DNA of 64,000 nt. It comes from Calditrichota bacterium (GTDB lineage Bacteria; CLD3). The stretch lies in the NCBI GenBank assembly GCA_008501735.1, contig QQUF01000045.1, forward strand, positions 165,957 through 229,956. The letters run 5' to 3'. How positions within the stretch are numbered: position 1 is the first letter of the stretch; every line of letters begins with the position of its first letter. Made by a program: the position numbers and the translations under genes. Shown in pieces: positions 19,638-31,300 of this stretch. The notes under the pieces are model-generated. The model did not search any database. It was not told the origin of the DNA and saw only the letters and a program-made list of their open reading frames with translations.

Positions 19638-20921
19638 ATGTCTCAGATAAATGTAAACTTTAACAACTTGAATCAATTTATTTCTGATTCTGATTTCGCA
19701 AACTTGCAAGAAAAAATAAACCTTGCACACAACGATTTGCATTCTAAAACAGGAAGAGGAAATGATTATTTAGGTTGGTTAGACTTACCACAAAACTTTC
19801 CAGTTGATTTGATGCAAAGAATCACCGAAGCTACAGAACGTTACCGAAAACTTTATGACACTTTTGTTGTAATTGGAATTGGTGGCTCTTACTTAGGAGC
19901 AAAAGCAATTATTGAATCACTTTCAACTCCATTTGGAGAACCAAAAAGTGAAGTCATTTTTGCTGGGCACACTTTGAGTTCTCATTACCATTCTTCACTT
20001 TTAGAATATTTGAAAACGAAAAACCCTGCTGTCGTTGTGATTTCAAAATCAGGAACTACAACTGAACCTGCAATTGCTTTTCGGCTTTTAAAAGATTTTT
20101 TGAGAACCAACTTTCCAAATGACTACAAACAAAGAATAATGGCAATAACGGACTCATCGAAGGGTACTTTGAGAAACTTTGCCGATATGGAAGGTTACAC
20201 AACTTTTTCGATTCCTGACGATGTTGGCGGAAGGTTCTCAGTTTTAACTCCAGTTGGTTTAGTGCCAATTGCTTTAGCTGGTTTTGAAATTGCCCAATTA
20301 GTAGAAGGAGCTGCTTCACTTTCAGTTGACACAGAAACAGATTTAGAAAAGAATCAAATTTACAAGTATGCAGCAGCTCGTTACCTTTTACACGAGCAAG
20401 GTAAAAGTATGGAAATTCTTTCTTATTTTGAGCCAAGACTTTCCTTTTTTGCAGAATGGTGGAAACAACTTTTTGGCGAAAGTGAAGGCAAAGAAAACAA
20501 AGGTCTTTTTCCAGCTTCAGCTTGTTTTACGACAGATTTGCACTCGCTTGGTCAATACATTCAAGAAGGTAAAAGGAATTTCTTTGAGACTTTTTTGACA
20601 GTTGCCGAACAACCTCACTCTTTGAAACTAAAAAAAGAACAATTCAACACTGACAAACTGAACTACTTGGAAGGAAAGTCCTTAGACTTTGTAAACCAAA
20701 AAGCCTTTGAAGGAACAGCCGAAGCTCATCTTGAAGGAAACGTCCCAAATTTAGAAATTCGGTTGTCTCACATTGATGAATTTACGCTCGGACAGTTAAT
20801 TTATTTTTATGAAAAAGCAGTGGCAATCGGAGGTTACTTACTTGAAGTAAATCCTTTCGACCAACCTGGAGTTGAACTTTATAAAAAAAATATGTTCCGT
20901 CTCCTTGGTAAGCCTTCTTAA
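19638..20921 (+). CDS. pgi: Glucose-6-phosphate isomerase (short bacterial type)
   Basis: GIGGSYLGA, ISKSGTTTEP and GGRFSVL motifs. 427 aa. Confidence 0.9.
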   Translation: MSQINVNFNNLNQFISDSDFANLQEKINLAHNDLHSKTGRGNDYLGWLDLPQNFPVDLMQRITEATERYRKLYDTFVVIGIGGSYLGAKAIIESLSTPFGEPKSEVIFAGHTLSSHYHSSLLEYLKTKNPAVVVISKSGTTTEPAIAFRLLKDFLRTNFPNDYKQRIMAITDSSKGTLRNFADMEGYTTFSIPDDVGGRFSVLTPVGLVPIALAGFEIAQLVEGAASLSVDTETDLEKNQIYKYAAARYLLHEQGKSMEILSYFEPRLSFFAEWWKQLFGESEGKENKGLFPASACFTTDLHSLGQYIQEGKRNFFETFLTVAEQPHSLKLKKEQFNTDKLNYLEGKSLDFVNQKAFEGTAEAHLEGNVPNLEIRLSHIDEFTLGQLIYFYEKAVAIGGYLLEVNPFDQPGVELYKKNMFRLLGKPS

Positions 20922-20992
20922 ATGATTGATGTTTAATGAATAATTCTCAAATGAATTTGTTAAATACCCCATAAACTCAATTATCAAAATTT

Positions 20993-21029
20993 AAAATACT
21001 TAGTAAGTTCATTCTACTAAGTATTTTTT
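20993..21029 (+). terminator. Rho-independent terminator of pgi
   Basis: 13-bp stem AAAATACTTAGTA/TACTAAGTATTTT with a 9-nt loop, ending in a T-run. Confidence 0.65.
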
Positions 21030-21045
21030 AAGAAAGAACGAAACA

Positions 21046-21936
21046 ATGAAAATTCTAATTTTGTCTTTTAGTGCAATCCTAATTTTGGGTTGTAAACAAG
21101 CAAACAGCGGTGAAAATTCAAAGCCTTCTTCAAATGAATTTAATAATTATTGGTATTCAGGAAAAGCTGAGTTGACGAGTTACGAATTAGAACAGGCTCG
21201 TTATGGAGAAATACACAAAGGTGAAGCCGTTTTGATTTTTGTAACTGAGGATTTTTGGAAGGACAAACAAGTCAAATACGAATTTGGTGAAAAAACAGAC
21301 AAAGTAACTCCAATTTTAAAATTGAATTTTGAAAGAAAATTTAACACTGGAATTTATCCTTACTCAATGATGACTTCCATTTTTACTCCAACAAGTGGTG
21401 AAAAGACTTTAAAAATTACTTCAACTTCTCAAGAGTGGTGCGGACACACTTTCCTGCAACTAAATTTGAGAAGTGAAAGTTACGAATCTCAACTCTTTTC
21501 ATACTTTCAAGGAGAAGGAGACAAAAAGTCTAAAATTAAAACTAAAATGCTTGAAGATGAGATTTGGACAAAAATTAGATTGAATCCTGAAACTTTGCCG
21601 ATTGGAGAAATTGAACTAATTCCAAGTACAACTTATTCAAGACTTAAACATCAACAATTAAAATCTGAAAAAGCCGTTGCAAAAATAACTGTTAATGGAA
21701 CCACTAAAACTTACGAATTGAGTTACAAAGATTTCCAAAGAAAATTAAAAATTAATTTCAATTCAAAATTCCCATTTGAAATACAAAGTTGGGAAGAAAC
21801 TCACTTAAGTGGTTTCGGGAATCCTAAACTTTTAACAACAAAAGGTACCAAAAAGAAATCAATAAAATTGGATTACTGGAGCAAAAATTCCGTTGCTGAT
21901 TCTACTTACCGAAAATCACTCGGATTGAACCCATAA
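21046..21936 (+). CDS. Hypothetical lipoprotein
   Basis: Lipobox ILGC at residues 13-16. No catalytic motif recognised. Confidence 0.5.
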   Translation: MKILILSFSAILILGCKQANSGENSKPSSNEFNNYWYSGKAELTSYELEQARYGEIHKGEAVLIFVTEDFWKDKQVKYEFGEKTDKVTPILKLNFERKFNTGIYPYSMMTSIFTPTSGEKTLKITSTSQEWCGHTFLQLNLRSESYESQLFSYFQGEGDKKSKIKTKMLEDEIWTKIRLNPETLPIGEIELIPSTTYSRLKHQQLKSEKAVAKITVNGTTKTYELSYKDFQRKLKINFNSKFPFEIQSWEETHLSGFGNPKLLTTKGTKKKSIKLDYWSKNSVADSTYRKSLGLNP

Positions 21937-22057
21937 TTTGTTTAAAACTTTAGGTTTTATCCTTAAAAGAATTATTCTTTTATTTTGGCTAATCTCATTT
22001 TAAATTAGTGAAACTTTAGGTAAAAATTTTTAGGCAACCAAGTGGAGCAAATTCTCA

Positions 22058-25000
22058 ATGGCAAGTAATGAAAGCCTGAAACAGAACGTTAAAGAAAAGG
22101 TAAATGTCTCAAAGAGATACAATGCAATTATGCTAATTTTATTAGCGATTGTCTTGGTAATCTCTGTTTTTCTTTCTTACCAAGATTTTGAATCTCAAAA
22201 CCAAGAAGTTGTTTTTACAAAATTTAGAGAATTTCAGTATCAAGCCAAAGACATTGAAAGAGAAGTTCAAGACATTGTAAAAAATTCAAATTATCTTATT
22301 GAGAAAGCCACAAAAGTATCACACGAAATTGATTTAACAGGGCAAAACACAAATAATTTTAAAATCTTTAGCAAATATTTTGGAGATTTAAGACCAACTG
22401 ATAATTTTTCAATGGGCAACTTACCTTCTAGTCTTGAAAATGAAATCGGAAGTGTCTATGGAAAAAAATCTTATTTCAACCGCTCACAGAATTTCTACAA
22501 CGATTTAGATTTAGCAGTTTCGCTTAACAAAAGTTTTAAGGAAATTGTAAATGCTTCTGACAGAATTCAAAGAATCTTTTATGTTTCAGATTTAGAAATT
22601 TATTCAACTTACCCAAAATCATCTGAAACAATTTTGCCGGACAATTTTTTCGAGAGTGGTTTTTGGGCTAAAGCAAAACCTGAACAGAATACGAATAAAA
22701 ATAGTTTTTGGACAAAAATCTCACATTCTGAATTCGATAATTTATCCTTAACTCACGTAACTCCGATTTACAAAGGTTCAGAATTTAAAGGAATAATTGG
22801 TATCGAAGTAAAAGCTGATTTCTTCAGCCAATTTGTAAGCCAGTTCGGAGTTTCAGATGGCATTTTTTATATTGCTAATAAATACGACCAGCTTCTTGCA
22901 CAATCCAATTCAATAACTTCAAAAACTACACAAGTAAAATCAATCGATGGTAACCTGCCCGAAAGTTTAGTTTCAAGTAAAAAAATAATTTTGGACGTTT
23001 CCGAAACCAAAATGACGATTATTGGTGATTACCTTTGCATTCGTCACCCATTAAAAAACACTGATTGGCTTGCAATTTATATCGCACCAAATACAATGTT
23101 TTTTGACTCGGTTTTTGAAAATGTTGGAGTTCACTTTACTTTCATTTTTATAAGTTTGATTTTTCTAATTTTAATTTCTTCAATTCTTGCAAGAACTCAA
23201 TTTATTATCCCCGCAGAACGTTTAGTTAGTCACATTCGTGAAAAAAGTCTAAATCGAAGGTCAGTTTATGGAAGAGGAAATCCTGCAAATTGGCAACCTT
23301 GGTTTGACGTTATTACAAATATTTTTAAAGCTCACAATGAAAACCAAACTCAACTTGAAGAATACAACGCTGAACTTCACAAACACAGAAAGCATTTGGA
23401 AAAAGCCGTCGAAGAAAGAACTGCTGAACTCAAAAAAGAAATCGTTGAACGTAAACAAACTGAAAAAGCTCTTCAAGAAAGTGAGGAACGATTTAAACTT
23501 GCACTTTGGGGAGCAAGTCTTGGATTAAGAGACTGGAATGTTCAATCAGGAGTTGTTTATTTTGACGAAACTTGGGCGAAAGTTCTTGAATACGAAAAAG
23601 ACGAGTTAGTTCCAGACGTGAGTTCTTGGGCGAAATTGATTCACCCACAAGATTTGCCTTCTGTTGAAAAGGTCCTTAACGACCACCTTGAAGGGAAAAC
23701 TGATTACTACGAGACCGAACATCGCTTAAGAACAAAATACGAAGAATGGAAATGGGTTCTTGACAGAGGAAAAGTTGTAGAATGGGACGAAAAAGAAAAC
23801 CCTCTTAGAATGACAGGAACTCTTCTTGACATTACTGAGCGTAAAAAAGCAGAGGAACAACTCCAATACAGAACTAAGTTTGAGGAATTGATTACAACCC
23901 TTTCAACAAGTTTTATTAATGTAGCTCCTGAAAAAATCGATTCTGAAATTAACAATGCTTTAGCACAAATTGGAAAATTTGTTGATGTTGATTGGAGTTA
24001 CTTATTCCTTCTTTCAGATGACGGACAACGTATTTCAAACACTCACGAGTATCATAACAATTCAGTAGGTTCGAGAAAAGATTACTTACGAGATTTACCA
24101 ATTTCATTCTTCCCTTGGTGGATGGAAAAGCTTAGGAAATTCGAATCAATTCACATTCCTACAATTTCAGATTTACCACCTGAAGCAATAAAAGAAAAAA
24201 CTTTTCTCAAAAAACAAAATATCAAATCTCTAATTATTGTCCCACTTGTTTACAATAAAAAATTACACGGATTCTTAGGTTTTGATTCTGTTCATTCAGC
24301 AAAAGTTTGGGAAAAAGATACAATTTTACTTTTAAGAATCGTCGGCGAAATTTTAATCAATGCCTTGACTCACAGAAAAGCAGCTGAGCAACTCAGAATG
24401 GCTAAAGAAAGAGCTGAAGAAGCAAACCAAACTAAAAGCGATTTCCTTGCAAATATGAGTCACGAAATCAGAACTCCAATGAATGGCGTTATCGGAATGA
24501 CAAGCCTTTTGATGGGAACTGAAATGGATAAAGAGCAAATGGAATTCGTTGAAACCATTCGCTTAAGTGGTGAAAGTTTGCTGACAATTATCAATGACAT
24601 TCTTGACTTCTCTAAGATTGAGTCAGGTAAAATGGAACTTGAAAACAATCCATTAGAAATTAAAGAGTGTATCGAAAATGCTTTTGACTTAGTTGCACCG
24701 AAAGCTACTGACAAAAATATAGATTTAGTTTACTCAATTGACCCTGACGTTCCTCCATTTATAAGTGGAGATATTACAAGACTTCGTCAAGTTCTTGTGA
24801 ATCTCGCTAACAATGCAATCAAATTTACTGAAAAAGGTGAAGTATTCATTTCTGTTAAGAAAATCCTTAAAGAAGATGACCTTTTTACAATTCAAATCTC
24901 AGTTAAAGATTCAGGAATTGGAATTCCAAAAGATAGAATGCACAGATTGTTTAGTGCATTTTCACAGGTTGATTCCTCAACAACAAGAAAATACGGTGGA

Positions 25001-26404
25001 ACAGGGCTTGGTTTAGCAATTTGTAAGAAGCTTTCTGAATTAATGGGCGGAAAAATTTGGGTTGAAAGTGAATTTGGAAACGGTTCTACTTTCTCATTTA
25101 CTCTAAAAACAACAGCTGCACCTATTGAAGAAAGAGAATATTTAAATCGTGATATTGTAGAAGTCAAAGGAAGAAATGTTCTTATTTATGACGACAATCA
25201 AAATATTTTAAATTTCTTATTCAACCAGTGTCAACGTTGGGGAATGAATGTTTCAAGTGTTTCATCGTATGAGGAGATATTACAGAAAGTCAATAGCGAC
25301 GAGAAAATTGATTTACTTCTTCTTGATATGAATTTGCCAAATATGCAAGGACTAGATACTGCAAACGAAATAAGAAAATTCAAATCACCCTCTGAATTAC
25401 CAATAATTATGATGAGCAGTGTTGGGAAACCTCAAGAAAATATGAGCATTTCAGTTGGTGTCATTAACGCTTATATTGCGAAACCAATAAAATTATCTCA
25501 ACTTTTTGATACTGTAATGGACGCTCTTAATCCCGAAATGGCAAGAAGGACTACTAAAGCTACTTCTAAGAATTCTGTTGAGCTTGACCCTAAAATGGCT
25601 TCAAATATCCCGCTTAGAATTTTGCTTGCAGAAGACAATGCGATTAACCAAAAACTTGCTCTCAAAATTTTTGAGAAAATGGGTTACTTAGTTGATGTTG
25701 CTGGGAATGGATTAGAAGTTCTTGATTCTATGAAACGTCAAAAATACGATATGATTTTTATGGACGTTCAAATGCCCGAAATGGACGGTGTTGAAGCAAC
25801 AAAACGAATTTTAGCAACTTATCCTAATGAAACTAGACCAAAAATATTTGCAATGACAGCAAACGCAATGCAAGGTGATAGAGAAAAATATTTAAGTATT
25901 GGAATGGACGATTACATTAGTAAACCTATCGTAATCCAAGAAATTCAAAATTGCTTAAGAAAATGGGGAACTGAAATTAATAACATTGAACCTGTTCCAA
26001 TCCATAGTGATAACATCATTATTCCACCAAAAGATGACGAAAAAGCAAAATCACTTCTTGACCCTAATATTATTGAATCCCTAAAAGAATTAGATGAAAA
26101 TGATAACTTCTTCCAAAATTTGGTTACTTCATTTTTAGGAAACGCAGCAAAAGCTGTTCTTGAAATCAAGAGAATTGCTGAAGAAAAGAATTATGACGGA
26201 TTGGTTCAATCTTCGCACAAACTCAAAGGTTCGAGTGCGAATTTAGGTGCTAAAGAATTAGCCGATGTTTGTAAAGATATTGAGCAGAAGGCTAAGACCC
26301 ACAACTTGACTGGAATCGAAAGTATGATTTCAAGACTCGAAATTATTTATAAACAATCAAGACTTGAATACGAAGAGATTCTACAAGCAGAAGATGTAAG
26401 TTAA
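22058..26404 (+). CDS. Hybrid sensor histidine kinase/response regulator (periplasmic Cache-like sensor, PAS, GAF, HisKA, HATPase, 2x REC, HPt)
   Basis: H-box FLANMSHEIRTPMNGV, N-box LVNLANNAIKFT, G1 VKDSGIGIP, G2 GGTGLGLAICKKL. REC with DMIFMDVQMPEMDG...DDYISKP. HPt motif SSHKLKGSSANLGA. Confidence 0.9.
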   Translation: MASNESLKQNVKEKVNVSKRYNAIMLILLAIVLVISVFLSYQDFESQNQEVVFTKFREFQYQAKDIEREVQDIVKNSNYLIEKATKVSHEIDLTGQNTNNFKIFSKYFGDLRPTDNFSMGNLPSSLENEIGSVYGKKSYFNRSQNFYNDLDLAVSLNKSFKEIVNASDRIQRIFYVSDLEIYSTYPKSSETILPDNFFESGFWAKAKPEQNTNKNSFWTKISHSEFDNLSLTHVTPIYKGSEFKGIIGIEVKADFFSQFVSQFGVSDGIFYIANKYDQLLAQSNSITSKTTQVKSIDGNLPESLVSSKKIILDVSETKMTIIGDYLCIRHPLKNTDWLAIYIAPNTMFFDSVFENVGVHFTFIFISLIFLILISSILARTQFIIPAERLVSHIREKSLNRRSVYGRGNPANWQPWFDVITNIFKAHNENQTQLEEYNAELHKHRKHLEKAVEERTAELKKEIVERKQTEKALQESEERFKLALWGASLGLRDWNVQSGVVYFDETWAKVLEYEKDELVPDVSSWAKLIHPQDLPSVEKVLNDHLEGKTDYYETEHRLRTKYEEWKWVLDRGKVVEWDEKENPLRMTGTLLDITERKKAEEQLQYRTKFEELITTLSTSFINVAPEKIDSEINNALAQIGKFVDVDWSYLFLLSDDGQRISNTHEYHNNSVGSRKDYLRDLPISFFPWWMEKLRKFESIHIPTISDLPPEAIKEKTFLKKQNIKSLIIVPLVYNKKLHGFLGFDSVHSAKVWEKDTILLLRIVGEILINALTHRKAAEQLRMAKERAEEANQTKSDFLANMSHEIRTPMNGVIGMTSLLMGTEMDKEQMEFVETIRLSGESLLTIINDILDFSKIESGKMELENNPLEIKECIENAFDLVAPKATDKNIDLVYSIDPDVPPFISGDITRLRQVLVNLANNAIKFTEKGEVFISVKKILKEDDLFTIQISVKDSGIGIPKDRMHRLFSAFSQVDSSTTRKYGGTGLGLAICKKLSELMGGKIWVESEFGNGSTFSFTLKTTAAPIEEREYLNRDIVEVKGRNVLIYDDNQNILNFLFNQCQRWGMNVSSVSSYEEILQKVNSDEKIDLLLLDMNLPNMQGLDTANEIRKFKSPSELPIIMMSSVGKPQENMSISVGVINAYIAKPIKLSQLFDTVMDALNPEMARRTTKATSKNSVELDPKMASNIPLRILLAEDNAINQKLALKIFEKMGYLVDVAGNGLEVLDSMKRQKYDMIFMDVQMPEMDGVEATKRILATYPNETRPKIFAMTANAMQGDREKYLSIGMDDYISKPIVIQEIQNCLRKWGTEINNIEPVPIHSDNIIIPPKDDEKAKSLLDPNIIESLKELDENDNFFQNLVTSFLGNAAKAVLEIKRIAEEKNYDGLVQSSHKLKGSSANLGAKELADVCKDIEQKAKTHNLTGIESMISRLEIIYKQSRLEYEEILQAEDVS

Positions 26405-26408
26405 TATC

Positions 26409-26438
26409 CGTAGGGAACAAAAATTTTTGTTCCCTACG
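26409..26438. terminator. Perfect 30-bp palindrome between convergent genes (bidirectional terminator candidate)
   Basis: CGTAGGGAACAAAAA|TTTTTGTTCCCTACG, 5 nt after the kinase stop codon and 5 nt before the oppC-like stop codon. Confidence 0.65.
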
Positions 26439-26442
26439 AAAG

Positions 26443-27303
26443 TCAAATCTTCAATTTCGGGTCAATCGCATCTCTTAAACCGTCACCAAGCAAATTAAAA
26501 GCCATTACAGTTATAAAAATCGCAAGTCCTGAAAAGATACAAACTTCTGGGTTTGTAGCTAATTGATTTTGCCCTTCACTAATCATTCTTCCCCAACTTG
26601 GTTCTGGTGGAGGAACTCCTATTCCCAAAAAGGAAAGCCAAGCCTCAGAAAGGATATTTCCTGCAATTCCGACTGTAGTTGCAACCATCAAAGGAGCAAC
26701 AGCATTTGGTAAAACGTGTTTGAAAATTACTTGGAAATCATTCATACCAAGTGCTTTTGCTGCTGCAACGTACTCTTCTTCACGCACTTGTAAGATTTTC
26801 CCACGCAAAAGTCGACAGATTCCGGGCCAACCTAAAAAACCTAAGACATAAATTATTGTAGCAATCGTTGTTTCTTCAAAGATGGCAATTACTGCCAATG
26901 CAAAAAGGATTGTCGGGAATGAGAGAAAAATATCGGTTACTTGCATTATCAAAAGGTCAACCCATTTTCCATAAAATCCAGCTAATGCACCAAGGAAAAC
27001 TCCAATTACCAATGAAATTAACATTGCACCAATTCCAACTGAAAGTGAAATTACTGATCCTTCCACTACTCTACTGAAAACATCTCTTCCTAAATCATCA
27101 GTTCCAAACCAATGAACAGAAGAAACAGGCTGTAAAATATTTTCGATATTTCCTTCTGTATAACTAAAAGGAGTGAGGTCAAATAATGCTAAAATCGAAG
27201 TTATAAAAAGTAAAAGAACAATGTAAAACCCTGCAATTCCAAACTTTGATTTTTTGAATTGACGGTACGCAACAGCTGTAAATGATTCTGATTTATTACT
27301 CAT
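26443..27303 (-). CDS. Peptide/nickel ABC transporter permease (OppC/DppC-like)
   Basis: Six hydrophobic segments, a conserved EAA-like loop (AAKALGMNDFQVIFKHVLPNA) and N-terminal HWFGTDDLGRD. Confidence 0.85.
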   Translation of the reverse strand: MSNKSESFTAVAYRQFKKSKFGIAGFYIVLLLFITSILALFDLTPFSYTEGNIENILQPVSSVHWFGTDDLGRDVFSRVVEGSVISLSVGIGAMLISLVIGVFLGALAGFYGKWVDLLIMQVTDIFLSFPTILFALAVIAIFEETTIATIIYVLGFLGWPGICRLLRGKILQVREEEYVAAAKALGMNDFQVIFKHVLPNAVAPLMVATTVGIAGNILSEAWLSFLGIGVPPPEPSWGRMISEGQNQLATNPEVCIFSGLAIFITVMAFNLLGDGLRDAIDPKLKI

Positions 27304-27305
27304 TT

Positions 27306-28232
27306 TTAGTCAAACCTAATTCTTGGGTCAAAAAATCCGTAGATTAAATCTACTGCCAAATTCACAACAAGAAAAGTCGCTGCAAATAAAATCACTCCAC
27401 CATTTACCAAAGGCATATCTCTTAAGTTAATTGCATCAACAATTAGCTTTCCGACTCCAGGCCAAGAAAAAACGTATTCAGTAACAATCGCTCCGCCAAG
27501 AAGTTGTGCAAAAGTAATTCCGATAATTGTAATTACAGGAATCATCGCATTTTTCAAAGTATGTTTCAGAATTACTTTATAAGTTGATAAGCCCTTAGCT
27601 CTTGCCGTTCTAACAAAGTCTTGCCGAATTACTTCAAGCATACTTGAACGAGTCATTCTTGCAATGTAACCAGTTGAAAGCATCGAAAGTGAAAAGGCAG
27701 GTAAAACAATGTGAGCAAAATCTCCGTCTCCGTAACCGTAAGTCGGAAACCATTGCAAAGTTGTTGAGAAAAGTAAGATTGCCATTAATGCAAGCCAAAA
27801 AACAGGTGTCGAAATTCCAGCTAAGGAAAGAACCATCACAAGTCCGTCCCAAATTGTATTCTGTTTCATAGCTGCAAGAATACCAGCAGAAATCCCAAAA
27901 ATGGAAGCAAAAATAATTGCAATCGTTGCGAGTTTCATAGTCGCATAATAACGGTCAGCGATAATTGCTGTAACATCTCTTTTTTTACGAAATGAATATC
28001 CCAAATCACCTTGAAATAAATCACCCATAAAATTTATGTACTGTTCGTAAATTGGCTTATCTAAACCCATTTTCTTGCGGAGAAGTTCGATATTTTTTGC
28101 GTCGCCGTGTTGCCCAACTAACAATCTCGCTGGGTCGCCAGGAAGCACAGTTTTTAAAACAAAAACAATCGTTGCAACTCCCCAAATTATGGGAAGCATC
28201 AACAATATTTTTTTCATAAAATAATTAAACAT
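27306..28232 (-). CDS. Peptide/nickel ABC transporter permease (OppB/DppB-like)
   Basis: LPGDPARLL N-terminal motif, and the loop RTARAKGLSTYKVILKHTLKNAMIPV. Confidence 0.85.
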   Translation of the reverse strand: MFNYFMKKILLMLPIIWGVATIVFVLKTVLPGDPARLLVGQHGDAKNIELLRKKMGLDKPIYEQYINFMGDLFQGDLGYSFRKKRDVTAIIADRYYATMKLATIAIIFASIFGISAGILAAMKQNTIWDGLVMVLSLAGISTPVFWLALMAILLFSTTLQWFPTYGYGDGDFAHIVLPAFSLSMLSTGYIARMTRSSMLEVIRQDFVRTARAKGLSTYKVILKHTLKNAMIPVITIIGITFAQLLGGAIVTEYVFSWPGVGKLIVDAINLRDMPLVNGGVILFAATFLVVNLAVDLIYGFFDPRIRFD

Positions 28233-28320
28233 TTTTGCTTTCTAATTTAGATGCTTTTGAATTGAAAAAGTTAGTTAGTCAAGTTTGAAATTCCTAAGCG
28301 AAATTTTACATTTTTTAAAA

Positions 28321-31300
28321 TCAGATTGAATCTTCCACGATTTTTATTTCTTCTTCGGTCAGCTCGTAAAGTTCGTAAACTATTTGGTCAATTTCTTTAT
28401 CAGTCTGATTAATTTCGGATTGGATTTTGTTAATTTCAATTTTGTAAGAATTAAAATATTCTTCCCACTCGTCCTGTTGAACCAACGAAAGTTTAATTTT
28501 CTGCTTTTTCAATTCACTAACAAAAGTCTTGAACTCTGAGTCGTAAAAGTTATCTAATTTTTTGCTAATCTTTTCAATTTCCAAATTGCCTTTGACACGA
28601 TTCAAAAACCTTGTTTTCTTTTCGTGAAGCCCTTTGTTCAACTCTAACATTTTATCAGCTTTTTCAATGAAAGGCTGTTGAAGGCTTTTTTGAACAATTA
28701 CGATTGGTAATTGTTTACAGTTTGCAATTAAAATTTTCTGAAATAAATTTTTCTCAATATCAAGAAATTTATATTTGTGGTAATAGGTGATTAATTTAGA
28801 ATTCAAAATTGTCAATAAATACTTAAGTTTTCCCACCTCAGCAGTAATTATTGCAAAACCAATTTGAGTAAAATATAAATCTTCATCTGTAAACCCTGCA
28901 TAAATTCTTGGTGATTTTCCTGAAACAATTTGCCTAACAATTATTCTAGGCTGAGTAAAAAACTTTTCATCTCGCATTGCTCCTAACCATTTTCCATATT
29001 TTATAAACTCACTTGCTCGGTTTGAAACATTAAATCTAATTATATTATCGCCAGAAATTAAGGGTTTATAAAAATTATCCAACTTGACTTTTGAATGAAA
29101 TGCTCTTGTTTTTATTATTGTTTCAGAATGACCTTGATATTTATCGTACGGTGTAATTCCTAATGAAAATTCGGTAATTTCTCCAAGTTTTTTAGATGAA
29201 ATTTGTTCAATTTTTTTTAAAAGATTAACATCATTTGGGGAAAGGAAAATACTAAAATTTAAATTTTTATCCTTTTTCCATACAGATTTATCAATGAATT
29301 TTATTCGCGAATTATCTACAAAATTAATTTTTTCTGATTTCGGATAAACTATTACACCTACATTTTCACTCTTTTTACCTTTTCTAAATTCAAAAATAAT
29401 TGTTTCAACTTTTGCATCAACAAATACTTCATCGGGTAATTTGATAATTCTTGTCATTGAGTCAATTAGTAGTTCACGAATTTTTTTGTAAGAGGAATTT
29501 ACAAGTATTGAATTTGGATTAATAAAAGCAACAAAACCATTAAATCTTACCAGTTCATAAGCCTTTTCAATAAAAATTGAGTATAAATTTATTCTGTTTT
29601 CTGTGGTTTTGTACACAGTAAATAGCCCTTTTACCATTTCTTTTTCAAGTGATTTAATATCGACATAAGGTGGATTTCCGATAACGACATCGAAACCGCC
29701 ATTTTCCATAATTTCTTTAAATTCAGTATTCCAATCGAAGGCATTTTCACCAGCGATTTCAGGGTCATCGATTAAAGAATTTCCACATTTGATGTTGTCA
29801 TTCAAATTTGACAATTTTCTATCTTTTTGGGCAGTTCTTAGCCAGAGCGAAAGTTTGGCAATTTCAACGCTTTCCTCATTAATGTCAACTCCGTAAAGGT
29901 TGTTTTCCAAAATTGTTTTGTCAACGTCAAACAATCGTAACGGCGAATTTGTAAGTTCGACAATAATGTCATCAATGACTTTGTGTTCATTAATTAGGAA
30001 AATTAACGCCTGATTCAAAAAAGCACCACTTCCGCAAGCAGGGTCAATAATTTTTAATTTTCCTAACCAACCTTTGTAATTATTTAACTTTTGAAAAAGA
30101 ACTTTTCCTTTTGCAGAAAGTCCACTTTTTTTGGTTCTAAAAGTTCCGTCAAACTCGATTTCTTCAATTTCTAATTCCTTGCGTTTTTCAAAACAAAGAG
30201 TTCCAATTGTATTTTCAACAATGTATTGAGTAATGTATTTTGGAGTGTAAAAAACACCATCTTTTTTTCTTTTACTTCGGGTTTGAGATTTTTCATTTTT
30301 TTCAATTTCAGAAGTAATTTCTTCAATTTCATTTAAAGAATGCTCAAAAATATGCCCTAGAATATTGACATCAACTTCTGTATTAAAATCGTATTCCGAT
30401 AATTTTCTCAAGTCATCAATTAGAATTTCATCGTCAATTTTCAAACTATCCAATAATTCGTCAGGATAAAAAAGTCCGCCATTGTAAGCAGGAATGTCAT
30501 CAACAGCCGTTTTACCTTTTCTCCCAATATTCATATAACCAAAATATTGTTTGTAAATCTCATAAATTGGTTTGTAAGCGTCTTCTTCTTCGAGTAAGGT
30601 GAAACGCTTTTGAATTCTTGAAACTGAATTTGGTGGTAAAAGTCCGCTGTCCTCTGCAAACAAAATGAACAAAAATCTATCCAAAAGTTTTTGTGATTTT
30701 TGAAACAAAGTTAGCTTGTTTTTATCAGGGTGATTTTTGGTTAGGTTCTCAAAAAGTTTACTTTTAAAACTTGAGTAATCTTTGTAAAGTTTATCCGAAA
30801 CATTTTGTTCGTGAAACTTTGTTTCCTCTTTGAGTTTTAAAGGAAGGTCAGAAAAGATACTTTCTTTGCAAAGAATCAGAAAAAGTAATTCAAAATTTTC
30901 TCTACCCAAAAAGAACAAATCAAACTCTTCAAATTCATTAGCAAAATCTATGTAAAATCTGAGTTTGCGGAAGTTTGAAGTAATTACGTATTTACATTCT
31001 GGCTGATTATTTTTGTAATTAAAAGCCTGTTGCGTAACTTTAAACAAATCTTTAGTCTTAGTAGATTTTAGCTCAATAATAGCAACTGCTTTTTCATCTT
31101 TTAGAATTGCACCATCAGCCTTTTTTCCGTCAGTTTGATTTTTAAATTCACGTTGCAAACTAAAATTTTCATCAGGTCTTAAAATGTATCCGAAAACATC
31201 TACAAAAATATCTCTCAAAAATCCGTCTTGGTATTCTTCTTCTTTTAAAGACTGAATTTGTTCAATTTTTTTAGAATTATAATTTTCCTTAAATTTTTGG

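Noticed and set aside
21947-22021. 11-nt direct repeat AAACTTTAGGT (2 copies) upstream of the hybrid kinase
   Set aside because: It is short, AT-rich and present only twice, so chance occurrence in about 30% GC DNA is plausible.
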